From Azolla caroliniana (lineage: Eukaryota; Plantae; Polypodiophyta), in assembly GCA_043228905.1 (NCBI GenBank), contig JBHGNT010000020.1, positions 5,518,001 through 5,582,000 on the forward strand: a DNA stretch of 64,000 nucleotides. The letters run 5' to 3'. Below, piece by piece: positions 22,726 through 35,600 of the stretch (positions within the stretch are counted from its first letter, which is position 1; each line of letters starts with the position of its first letter). The notes beneath the pieces were generated by a model. That model searched no databases. It saw only the letters and a program-made list of their open reading frames with translations, and had not been told where the DNA came from. Made by a program: the position numbers and the translations under genes.

Positions 22726-24686
22726 AGAGGCGGTAGGAAGGATCAAGTCGAGACCAATACTTGGAGATGGCATCCTCAAGCAATCAAGCGGGAGACTTTG
22801 AAAGGATGATGTTGATTGTCGAACAAATGATGAGATCTCGAGACAACGATGCGAGCGTGGAGAAGGCCGTCAACCGTGTCATAGAGCTCGAGGGTCAATT
22901 CGACGGAAGGAACATTACGAAGTTCCTTGATGCATACGAAAGGGAGATGAATCAAAGGGACGTGTTTGAAGCACGACAAATTACAAGTTTCAAGAGAGTG
23001 GTCGCCAACAACATCCAAAGGTGCGTCATCGAACTTCAAGAAGGGAAGACAACGTGGTCAGAGTTCGAGAAAACGATATTAGCGGAGTTCGCGACGAAAG
23101 ATTTGTCAAGGATGACTCGACATGCCTTGATGAAGTGGATAGAAAAGAAGAATAAGAAGATGAGTCGACCATGTCGACCGTGTCATAGAGCTAGAGGGTC
23201 AATTCGACGGAAGGAACATTACAAAGTTCCTTGATGCATACGAAAGGGAAATGAATCAAAGGGACGTGTTTGAAGCGCGGAAAATTACAAGTTTCAAGAG
23301 AGTGGTTGCCAACAACATCCAAAGGCGCGTCATCGAACTTCAAGAAGGGAAGACAACGTGGTCAGAGTTCGAGAAAATGATATTAGCGGAGTTTGCGACG
23401 GAAGATTTGTCAAGGATGACTCGACATGCCTTGATGAAGTGGATAGAAAAGAAGAATAAAAAGATGAGTGCTTCAAGGGTGTACCACGAATTCGACCAAA
23501 TGTTTCGTCGTCTCCCCGCCACAGACCAAGTGCTACTTGAGGAGGACAAAACTTTTTACTTCCTAAAGGTTGTGGATATAAAGGATAGACAAGAACTAGG
23601 TACTCTCCTTGAAGATGATACCCAAGTGAACGGGCTTGTGGCGGAGTGGGTCGCGGTGAAGTGAGCATGCAATAGGCTCGACAAGCGTCATTAGTGGGTT
23701 GATGAAACCGACTTGGCGGGATCGATTGTCGCGGAGAAAACTAGACAACCGAAAGTAGTTGAGCCGCCCAAACAAAGCGACCCAGAAGAAAAGAAGATTG
23801 ATGACGACATCATCGAAGAGCTAGCGAAGAAGTTCGAGATGGTCACGCTAGCCAACATGAATCGTTAGGGCCCCAAAGGCAAAGAACCCTTTAGATGCGT
23901 GTGGTGTGATAGCATGGACCACATGAGAAGGGATTGTGCGAGCCTTCAAGAGGCGATCCGACAAAATATCGTATACATAGATGACACTATGATCTACTCG
24001 ACTGAAACTCGAAGACCCCTACGGGTGAATTTCGGAAGAGGGGGAATGAAGAAATCTTTGGAAGATGCTGAGGCAACTCATGTGGATGCGATGCACTATG
24101 CTGCAACGGCTGGAATAAGATTCAGGAAAGACAAAAATGAAGCTACGAATGTGGGAGCAAAGTTTTGGTCTTCCGTTCTCGAGAATGAGAAGATGGGGAA
24201 GGTCACATCGAACGAGGTAGAGCTTGCAGACCGAAACGTGCAAAGCATAACTGGGTGGTTGGATCCGGTGTATGACAACACCATACTTGCGGAAGTGATG
24301 TGCGACAACCACGAGGTGTTCGTCGAAGAAAAGAGAAAAATAATAGAAGAGAAAGGCCCATCAAAAAAACATGAAACAAGGAACGCGAAAAAGAAAGAAG
24401 ATGCAGAAACGAGTCGATCTTTACAAATGGAGGAAGGAGACGCTAGCCGAAAAGCGGAGTCGAGCAAATGAGTCGAAGAAACGGTTTGGCCCGTGAAGAT
24501 TGGTGTCGAAAACCCCGCTCGAAAGACAAGGCCCTCGTTGAAGAACAGAGAAAAAGAATAGAAGAGAAAGGCCCATCAGAAAAACATGAAACAAGGAATG
24601 CGAAAAAGAAAGAAGATGCAAAAACGAGTCAATCTTTACAAATGGAGGAAGGAGACGCTAGCCGAAAAGCGGAGTCGAAGAAACGG

Positions 24687-25333
24687 TTTCGCGAAGATTC
24701 GCGCGTGCGTGTGCTACTCGAGCGACCACCGGGGTCTTGGACTGGGGAGGATGTTCGCGGAATTATCGAAGAGATGACGATCAATGTAAGATTAGATGAA
24801 ATTGGTTTACTTGAGAAGAAGAAAGATTGTACACTTGAGATGTAGAAAAATATGAAGAAGATAAAGACAAATATAATTATATTGATGATAATGGTGTTGG
24901 TGATATCACATATTGAGCCCCCCTTACACAAGCCCAACTAGAGGCTTTTATAGGTCTTTCCTTGCTCGTGACATGCACAAAACCATGGGCTAAAACCATG
25001 GTTTTGTGCACACGGTTTTGCTTATGTCATGCACAAACCATGGGTTTAAAACCATGGTTTTGTGCACATGGTTTTCTATGGTTGTTTCGTCTATAATTTG
25101 TATATGAAAAGGAAATACATAAAATCTACACTATATGATAGTTGTCCTAGTGGTAAGGCAATTATCTTGTATCTTAGAGGTGTAAGGTTCAAACCTTGCT
25201 TGCACCCCTCTGTATGAACTCAAGTGCCACTAGGCCTTAGGAGGCTTATTTGCTAAGTGTATGTGCAATGTTGCACATCCTTGGTTTATTCGTCTCACTC
25301 GGTTTCACACCGTAGCCGAAAATCGTCACGACA
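24687..25333 (-). mobile_element. Family-A-related solo LTR (647 bp) inside family-A gag
   Basis: Minus strand starts TGTCGTGACGATTTTCG; 4-bp TSD ACGG (24683-24686, 25334-25337); the host sequence resumes after it. Confidence 0.85.
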
Positions 25334-28258
25334 ACGGTTCGGCCCGTGAAGATTGGTGTCGAAGACCCCAGTCAAAAGACAAGGACTATGCCTACCTATA
25401 AGCTAAGGTCGGACATAGATCAGACGACAGACCTAAAGAAGATTCTCGAGGAACGCGTTCTTGATAGCCCCGTGACTTTGTCCTTGAGGGAATTACTCGA
25501 CATTACGAAGGAGTTCCACGACACGATTGTGGACCTTGTAAAGTGAAAAAGGCAACAATCGGATGAAGAAGAAGAGAAGCCACTAAAAGCGAAAGCAAAT
25601 GCCATAACAATGGCAAGAGACGAAGTCGATGAAGAAATGGTGGACAACTACTATACTCGACCTCATTGGGCACGAGCAACAACAGAGATGCCAGTGAAGA
25701 TCGGGGAGAAGAAAGAGACCGTGGTAGCCTTGATCGACCACGGCTCGGAGATCAACCTCATGTCAACCGACTTCTACAAAAAAGGAAGATGGCCAATCAA
25801 TACAAATCACGGATGGAAGATTCACGCAACAACAAAGACTACGGAGGACTTGTACAGAGCTTGTCCCAATGTTAAAGTCGCGATCGGGGATGTGGAGATG
25901 GATTAACACTTCTTCGTGCAAGAATCGGCATCACATCCTATCATCCTAGGACAACCATATATCACATCATCTCGGATGGAAACCAAAGTGTTCGACAATG
26001 GTGCGGCATTTGCTCGAATAAAGAGTCTTGACAACCAAAGATCTGTTCAATTCCTAACGGTGTGAGCTAATCATGAAAGAAATCGAGATAGTCTTGGAAG
26101 TGAATCCTCAGATTTTTAGAGCGGACTATTGAAGCATGGGGCACAAATAGTCCGAGCGATCACAAGTCCCCACAAGAAAGAAGAGTGTGTGGATTGCGAG
26201 GAGAAGCAACATGTGTCACATCTAGTGGCACATGTAAACTAGTACTACCCGACAAGAAGGACATGCATCGGATACAAGAATTCGAGAAGATGCTGAAAGA
26301 AGAAAACATAATAGAAGAAGAAGAGTTCGTGACTCATATTATGGAAGAAGGCTCATTTAACGACACCATCGGCGAAATCGAGGACGTCGTGGACTTGAGC
26401 TATCTTCATGACCAACGCGTGATTTCGGTTAACTCCGTCAACACGTACGCTATCATCGATGAATACTATCATGGCATCTTGATGGAGGAAGCTGAAGTCA
26501 ACACAAAATATAAAATGGTGGATAAGAAGATCAAGCCAGTTGTGGTTCTGCTACTGGAAGATAGTTGGCAAAAGATGAAGGAAGTCGCTAACGATCCAAG
26601 TTTAAGAGATCCAAAGACGATAGGTCATATCTTCACCAAAGAGACGAAGGGAAAGTTACGAGTTGGAAGGGAGGATTTCCTCCTCCTTGAAGAAGAGCGA
26701 ATGTTTCGCGACATGGGAAGGCTTTCGCATATTTCTCACAAGAAATCGGATGTGCTGATCCAAAGACGATAGAGCCGATGGTGATCTTCACGATGCCGCA
26801 CGTACCTTGGAATTTGAAACCGATATCGGTTCCGAGAGCACACCTACCAAAGCTGATTGAGCTCTTAAAGGAGAAGGTGAATATGGGAATTCTGGAACCA
26901 TTGAATGCTCCTTACTCTAATAGGTGGTTCACGGTGCCGAAGAAGAATGAATCATTGTGATTCATCCAAGATCTTCCATCTGTCAACAAGGTGACAATTC
27001 GAAATGCTGGAATTGGTCCGAGCGTAGACAAATTTGCCGAGGCGTTTGCGGGCCGATCCATCTACTCCATTGGTGATCTCTACTGCGGATATGACCAATT
27101 CCGATTGGCGATCGACAGTTGTGACATTACAACCATGAGGACTCCGATCGGGCTCGTACGGATGTGTACCTTACCTCAAGGTGCAATGAACTCGGTGGCT
27201 CATATGGTGAATGCCATGAACAAGGTCTTGAAGGATTGCATCCCGGACATCACGATGCCATTCTTAGACGATATTCCAATAAAAGGATATTCAGATGAAG
27301 AGAAGAATGAATCAAAAGATAAGGAAGGGTGTAGAAAGTTCGTCGCGGATCATATGAAAGATTCTGAGAAGGTGCTCCAAAGGCTCGAAGACGCAAATTT
27401 GACATTTTCGGGAGAGAAATCCGCATTCGGGCAACCAAAGATCTTGGTGGTAGGTCACTTATGTGGAGCATATGGCCGGAAGCCTTCGCCATCAAAGGTG
27501 AACGCAATCCAGGACATGAAAGAAGAATGCATAAACCAAACGGAGGTTCGAAGATTCCTTGGAGCATGTGCATTTTACCATATTTGGATTCCGCACTACG
27601 CCCATGCCGTCGAGCCTTTAGATGTGTTGCTAAAGAAAAGAATGAAGTTCGAATGGCGAGACGAGCACACGAACGCGATGCGAAGATTGAAGAAACTACT
27701 TCTTGAAGCTCCAGCACTAAGAAAATCCGATTTATGTGACTGTAGATACGAGCCCAACCGGAATCGGGTGGGTCATCAACCAAGAAGGAGAAGATAATGC
27801 GTGGTATGCCATCCGGTTCGGAGCAAAAGTTCTCAGTGAACGGCAACAAAGATACGCCCAAGTCAAGCGAGAACTTTGGGGTATTGTGTCGGCAGTGAAG
27901 ACGGACAAAGACTACCTGATCAGATCGGAATTAATAATTGAGACAGATTGTCTCCCAATCCTCGGGATGATCTTAGGATGTGCGCACCAGATCTAGCTAT
28001 GCTGAGTTGGATCGCCTATATCAAGTCTTTAAACCCAAAGATCTACCATATTGCAGGGAAGAAAAACGCCATGGCTGACATGCTGTCGAGGGCAAGATTT
28101 GAGAATGAAGGTGACATGGTTTCGGAAGATGAAGACATCACCCTCGACTTCTTCAAGATGGCTCCACTTTCGGCGAAAGAGAAGGGCACGCTAACCCTCC
28201 ATGCCTTCAACGAGGACGAGTACGAAGGGGAGTGGTTACTAATTGGCAGATTCCCGAG

Positions 28259-31200
28259 TGAAAAGAATGGCGTGCAGAAGCAATATAGGAAATCGAACAA
28301 CAGAAAACGCAGGTTTAATGGAAAGCTTAGGTTTGCACAGTACGCACGGGAGAGACAGAGAGAGAGTAAACACAAGAACTTAATTTTAAAAAAATACTCG
28401 ATCTATACATAGGATGTGCTCAGTGAGCACTTTTATACAAGCCCTGACAATCGGGCTGACACAAGTACTGACAGTACTTGACTGCTCATAAATGAGCCTC
28501 GACACTCACTCCCAAAATTATTCCTTACGAGGAATATCTCTCTAACGGCCTTTCAGTTTACGCACCGATACGGCCTCTCGTTACGCACCGGTTTGCGTAC
28601 CGTTTTACTCATCCGTTTTACGCACCGATACGGCCATGTAATGCGTACTGATTTACGCATCGGTCCGGCCTAACCGATCGGTCCCAACCGATCCGGTTCC
28701 CGGCTTGCACAGACGATCCGGCCGATGTTGAGCTTGTCTCTCAACACTCCCCCTCAAGCTCAACTTGAGGCTCTTTGGGATCTTCCGGATCACCGCTCCG
28801 GTTCCTCTTGGCGGCTACACCTCGCTCGCGCTCCTCGGCCTGTTCGACTCCGCGCGCTTCGACCCTTCCGGTCGGCTTGTCTGCTCCCACGGCCCTTCAC
28901 AGCTCCCTTGCTATCGCGGTGTTGGCGCTTCTCCTGCTGCCTTCTTTTCCGCTTGGCCCTTGGTTGATTCAGTGTATCCGAATGAAACATCTGAATTGAC
29001 TCGGCTACCTCTGATCGGTTTTCGCTCTCGTCCGAGTTGGCTGTCTCCAACTCGTCTTCGGTCTTCTCACCCTTGACGGCGTCATCTCCCCCATGCTTGG
29101 TTGACTTCGGCTCTTCCTTTCGGCTGCTCCCCGTATGTCCGTTTCCGGAATCTTCCGTAGGTCCGATCTCGGCTTCTTTAGCCGATCCGAAATCGAATTC
29201 GTCATCTGACTCGACGTCGTGGTCTTCTCTCCCCCTTCCAAGTGGTCATTCGGGACATCTCTCCCCCTCAAGTTCGGCACGTCGAGGTGACGCAACCCAA
29301 GCGTACCCGAGAATTGCCACAACTTGTCCAGACCAAGAGGCTTGGTGAAGATGTCGACGGTTTGCCGATCTGTCGAAACATACTGAAGTTCGACTTCACC
29401 CGAGAGAACACGCTCACGGACGAAATGGTAGTGCACCTCAATGTGCTTAGTCTAGGCATGGAAAACGGGGTTCTTGGCGAGCTGGATGCTACTGAGGTTG
29501 TCGCAGTAGATAGTCGTTGGATCGAACACCTCCACCTGCAGATCCTTAAGTAGCCGCTTCAACCATATGGCATTGCATGTCGCGACAACCGCTCCTCTAT
29601 ACTCGGCTTCGGTGCTCAATAGCGCAACTGTCAGCTGCTTCTTGCTACTCGACGCAATCGCGGCACTCTGGAGAGAGAACGTGAAACAGACGAGGATCGG
29701 CGATCGGCGACGTTGTCCGCCCAATCGCCATCGGTGTAGTCGACCAACTTCGGGGCTGTATCAGACCGATATAGTAGCCCCCGGTCCTTAGTGCCACTAA
29801 CGTACCAGAGTATGCGTTGTGCGCACTAAAGGTGTTCCTTAGTCGGTCGTGCCATGAACTAACTAATCACCCCGACCGGGTAGCTAAGATCTGGTCGGGT
29901 GATGGTCAACTATATAAGGCTGCCGACTATCTGTCGGAACCTTGTCGGGTTGCATACCTTACCGGACTTGGGGCGAAGCTTGACGGTTCTATCCAGAGGA
30001 GTCGAGACGGACTTACAGTTGGCCATCCCGAATTTGAAGAGCATACTCAACACATAATGGCGTTGGCTGATCAATATACCTTCGGGAGTACGGATCACTT
30101 CGATCCCGAGGAAGTAATGAAGATCCCCCAGATCCTACGTGTCGAACGATGCCGCAAGCTGGAGCTTCACGTGGTCAATTTCACCTAGGTCGGCGCCGGT
30201 GATGACCAAGTCATCAACATATAGTAAAATACTGACCAGACCGAGTTGACCTTTCCGGATGAACAGGGAAGAGTCCAATTTTGACGTTGCAAAGCCCATC
30301 CGACGTAGTTGCTGCGTGATCTTCGCGTTCCAGGCACGTGGGGCTTGCTTCAGTTCGTAAAGGAACTTCTTCAATCGGCACACTGCCGACGTGTTCGTTT
30401 CGAAGTGAAATCCGGGGGGCTATACCATGTGCACTTGTTCCTCAAGCTCACCTTGTAGGAACGCATTCTTTACATCCATCTGATGTAAGTGCCACCCCTT
30501 TGCCACAACTACCGCGAGCAAAACACGGACGGTCGTCATCTTCGCAACAGGCGCAAACGTCTCATCGTAGTCGATGCCGTGTTTCTGCGCGTAGCCTTTT
30601 GCCACTAACGGGGCCTTGTATCGGTTGACCGAGCCATCGGTGTTGTACTTGACCTTGTACACCCACCTGCATCCAATCGGCTTCACACCCTTTGGTGCGT
30701 CAACTAGGTCCCAGGTCTCGTTTTCTGCCAATGCTTGCATCTCTTCCTCCATCGCGGCGCGCCAATTCGCGTCCTTAGCCACTTCTTCGTAGCTCTCCGG
30801 CTCATGCACTTCCGCTACACGGGTCATGTACACATAATGATGCGCCATGTACTCGTTGTATCCGAACCGCACAACTGGGTTCTTCTGGTAGGTAGATCGG
30901 CGTAATCGGTCATTAGCCGATGTCGAGGTCTTCTCGGCCGACACGGACTCGCTCTTGAAGACCCGTCACCGCTTCCCTCGGAGTCGGACTCACGTCGGTC
31001 TGACTCATTCCTATCGGTGCCGGAATCCAACACCTTCTTCTTCCCTTTCTCTTTGCGCGTAAGCCGTCTCCTTGGCTTCCTGCGCAGGGAATGCATGGCC
31101 GAGTCTCCACTACTCGCCGGCTCTTCATCGACTGGTCAAACCGACTCAGTTATCCGTTCGGTCTGCTTAACCGAAACGAAATCGGACTCTCTTCGCCGAT

Positions 31201-32683
31201 CCCAATTTTAGGCTCATCCGGAGGCATCTCAGTCTCGCTGCCCTCATCGTCAGAACTTGGATTGGAGGTGAGGTCCAGAGTCGGAGGCAAAAACCAGGAC
31301 GCGGACTCGTCAAACACAGCGTCGTGGCTCACGCGCGCTTGTTTGGTGCGCGGGTTATAACACTTATAACCCTTCTGCTCGTCCGAGTAACCGACCAAGA
31401 TACATTTCTCGGCCTTTGCGTCCAGCTTCCTCCGTTTCTCCTTCAGCACATGCACATATGCAATGCTACCGAAAACTCTCAAGTGTCGTAGATTCGGCTT
31501 CCTTCCGAAATACTGCTCATGCGCCGACACTTTTTCTTTGATCCGGTTCTGGATGTATACCGCGTTTCGTACCACCTTGGCCCAATAGAACTTGGGCAAG
31601 CTCTTTTCTTCTAACATTGCCCGCGCAACTTCCACAATTGACCGATTCTTCCTCTCGGCCACGTCGTTTTGCTCCGGCGTGTATCTACATCTAAATTCGC
31701 GCCGAATTCCCATCTGTTGTAGATAACCATTGAATTGACCGGAAAGTTATTCTTTTCCACCATCCGACCATAGGCACTTGATCTTCCTTCCTGTTTCCGT
31801 TTCCACGAACCCTTTGAGGTCCCGGAAACAGTCAAAGACTTCGCTCTTCCTCTCAATGACGTAGATCCACGTGTGCCGCGTGTAGTCGTCGATGAAGGAG
31901 ACGAAATTTCGGCTCCCGCCAAGACTAATGTTTTGTGCCAGCCCCCACACATCGAAGTGTATCAAGTTGAGCTTGTTCCGGCTCCAGTTATGCTCGTTGG
32001 GGAAGGGAATGCGGTGTTGCTTCCCAAGCTGGTAGGCTTCACAAATTTGTGCCTTCCGGCCACTAAATTTGGGCAATCCGATCACCACCTGTTTCGATTG
32101 CAGGTCCTGAAGCCCGTTGATAGTTGACGTGGCTTATCCGCTTGTGCCATAAGTCGATGTCCGACTCGACTTTTTGTCCATTCACGAACATTGCGGTGCC
32201 ACCATCAGTAGAGTCGAGGATGAACATCCTCTCGTCTCTGCGCCCTTGCGCAATAACTTGGCCTTCTTCCTCGATGAATCACCCGAGGTGTGTAAACCAA
32301 ACCTGCATCCCCTGGTCGACGATCTGCCCAACTGACACCAGATTCTTCGTGATTGTCAGGACATGTAGCACGTTCATAAGTTTCCCTTTCTGCCCCACAT
32401 GGCTCAAGGGAACTTCACCGACATTCGCAATCGGATGCGGAGTGTCATCTCCGGTTGCGACTACTCCTGGTGGTGTCAGTTTCTCAAGGTATGAGAACCA
32501 TTCCTTGTGGCACGTCATGTGGTTTGACACACCGGAGTCGACGTACCACACCTCCTCCGACTTCGGGGTGATCTTCTTCATTGAGTTTGCTTTGTGTCTC
32601 GTCACGAAGACTGACCCTTTTCCGGCTTCTCCGGATCCTTCGGCGTAGTGCGATTGTTGCTGATTTCCTTTGTCGGTTTGTCT
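28259..32683 (-). mobile_element. Decayed Ty1/copia (family D, copy 1): 3' LTR 28259-28746, PPT 28747-28758, RH/RT/INT/PR; 5' end lost
   Basis: [52 protein letters not shown]; PPT CTTGAGGGGGAG on the minus strand; LTR homologous to 44950-45236. Confidence 0.92.
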
Positions 32684-35600
32684 GGAAAGAAATTCTCATT
32701 TCATGTCGACCATTCAACGCTACTATATTTGGTCTCAAAGGCATCGCTCACCGGCAAGCTGGCCTAATGGACATTGTTGCTACAAGAGTTTTAGTTCGAA
32801 ATATATCATCAGCCGAGAATATATCACGTGGTTGCTGATTATCTGAGCTGGTTAGATTCCGGCGAGACCGGTGATGAAGTTCCGGATGAGTTTCCGGATG
32901 CCGAGTTGTTTAAAGTAACAGTAGAAATGGCAGTTGATAGCACGGTAGTCGACGAAGACAAATGGGTAACCAACATGCATCAATTCCTAAGCATGATGTA
33001 TGCACAAAGCTATGCTTGTCTTTTTATACACCTTATCCCTAGTTCAAATTGTTGTCCACCGGAATAAGAAACTATATAAGAGCATAACGTATGTAACGGT
33101 TCATGCGGGAAGCGTGAACGGCTAATTAGACCCTGCATATATAAAGGGCAGAAAACCTCTTATGGAGGTGTGTAAATTTTGGGGAATGTAAAGAACGCCT
33201 GATAATAGAATTCCATCTTCTCTGAGTTTCTGTGTATAGCTACGGCTAATTCTGTGTCTGTGTCCCGAATATGTAAGCATAGTAGTACGTAAGTGTAACC
33301 TGTGATAAGGATTCGGTTGTAGCCGTCTTCCCTTATACGCGGAGGAATTACAGAGGTTCTCTCCTTACGCAATACGCTTAAACCCTGTTCGTTGTTCCAC
33401 ACCCACCTTGGGGTCTACTTCGAAGGACTGACCACGGACCGTGTTCCTAAGAGGCAACACAAATAGTATAGAGAGAGAAAGAAAGAAAAATACTTGTTTT
33501 GATACTAGAATTATACTACACAAAAAGAGCAGACTTCAAAACTTGAGATATTTGTAAGGGTAATGAATATAGTACTTTAATAAAGTTACATACTCTATCA
33601 TCAGTTTTTGATCTTGAGAGACTAGAGGAGATGAACCGGGATGAGCGAAAGCCATTAGTGGTGCAAAGCCGACATTTTTGTCTACTACAGGACACCCTGT
33701 ACGACAAAGGCGCGGATGGCATATGGCGACGAGCATTGCGAAGCGATGAAAAGGACACAATATTACGAGAAGCGCATTGTGGCATTGCCAGAGGGCGCTA
33801 TGTCGGGGATGCTACGGCAAGAAAGATATGGCACAGTGGGTTATGGTGGCCGACGACACTAAAGGACTCGGTTCGGTACGCGAAAGTCTGTGATTTATGC
33901 CAACGGATGGGTCAGCCAACAGAACAGGCAAGGATGCCTCACTAGCCGGTGCTACCCTTAGAGCCATTTCAGAAATGGGGGCTCAACTTCGTTGGGCCGT
34001 TTAAACCCCCAGCAATGAGAACCGGCAATGGGTATGTTATAGTCACCATAGATTATTGCACCAAGTGGGTAGAAGCTAAGGCGTTGTGGGACAACACAGC
34101 GTCATCAACGGCAAATTTCTTATATGAGTACATTTGGTGCCGATATGGATGCCCGATCGAGTTAATTAGCGACCAAGGCGGACATTTTCTCGGTCAAGTA
34201 GTGGAGAGCTTAATGACATTCTATGGAGTGGTACACAAGCGTAGTACCTCTTATTATCCACAGGCCAATGGACTGGCCAAATCCACGAACAAAACGCTCC
34301 AAAACATCTTGCGAAAGATCGTCAATGAAAACCGAACTGATTGGGACATCAAGCTGCATAGTGCACTATAGGCATACTGGACATCATACAAAACGAGTAT
34401 CCGGTCAACACCATTCCAGTTAGCATTTGGGCTTGACGCAGTAATGCCGATCGAATTTCAGGTTCCGAGTTTGCGGATACAAGTTAGAGAACGACTAAGT
34501 GAAAAGGAATAAAAAAAAATCCGGTTAGCCGCATTATGCGAACTCGAGGAGCATCAGATAGCAAGTCTCATGCAGTTGGAATTGGAGCAGTGAGGAAGGA
34601 AGGCGTTTGTCGATCGGCATTGGAAGGGCAATGAGAAGACGTTCGAGATCGGCAAGCCGGTACTAGTGTTCCAAACCCGGATGGGTCAGATGCCGGGAAA
34701 GCTACAGTTCCGATGGACCGAACCGTATTGGATAATGCGGAAATTCAACGGGTCATACCAGCTTGGAACGCTCGTCGGTGAGATAATGAGCAAATGGGTC
34801 AATGGGTTTCGACTCAAACCATATTGTGAACCTATGCCACAAAATCCGTTCGAGCAGACAGAGGCTGATACAACAGTGGGAAGCAGGAAAGAAGTACCCA
34901 ACGGTCAAGCAGAGCCAACGTTACCGGATAATGACAAACAGGTGGCCAGCAAACGTGAATATGGGGGAAAACGGGGATATGGACCCGGCGCTTCCGGTTA
35001 ACTAAAAATCAATTTAAAAAAATTTTTAAAAAAGAAAAAAGAAAAAGAAAAGTCATCATGCAGAGGTGAGGAGCAAACGGGCACTTTGAAAAGGTGTGGT
35101 GGGTGGCTAATTAAAGCCTTTAAAAAAGGCGCACCACGTGTCAACCGACTGCTATATCAGTACAGGACGTGCATGCGCGAGAATTAAGAAAAGGCACCAC
35201 ACATGGAGAAAGAAAACCTTCGCCATGCAGAGTCCCTTTCATTTTGCGAACACAGAGATCTTAGCATACATAGGCGATTACGAGTGATCAGGCGAGAGCA
35301 CGCAGAACACACAGGCGCACCCATCTTACCACAACCTATCGACTCTGACGACGACATGGAATGCATGGTCCTCTTAGAAGCAACTAAGAAATGGCTGAAG
35401 CAACACGGTCTAGAGGGATTCTTGTGAATAGTCGAAGCACCGCCGCACAGAAATGCAGAAAATGTCGTTAAAGACATCAACACGGAGGTCATCACCGAGG
35501 AGGCCATCCGAGCCATGACTGGCCTACCGGAAGGGGGGATCTACTCGATCGACAACCCTTCGCAGGATCTGTTGACGAGGTATTTTGGGGAATACTCCCT

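Larger units (their letters stand above)
21612..28258 (+). mobile_element. Family-A Ty3/gypsy, 3'-truncated: 5' LTR 21612-22699, gag, PR, RT, RNase H (degenerate)
   Basis: LTR TGTCGTGAAGAT...ATCTTCACGACA; CVWCDSMDHMRRDC, ALIDHGSEINLM, PYSNRWFTVPKK, TLPQGAMNSV, FLDDIPIKG, TVDTSPTGIG. Confidence 0.9.
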
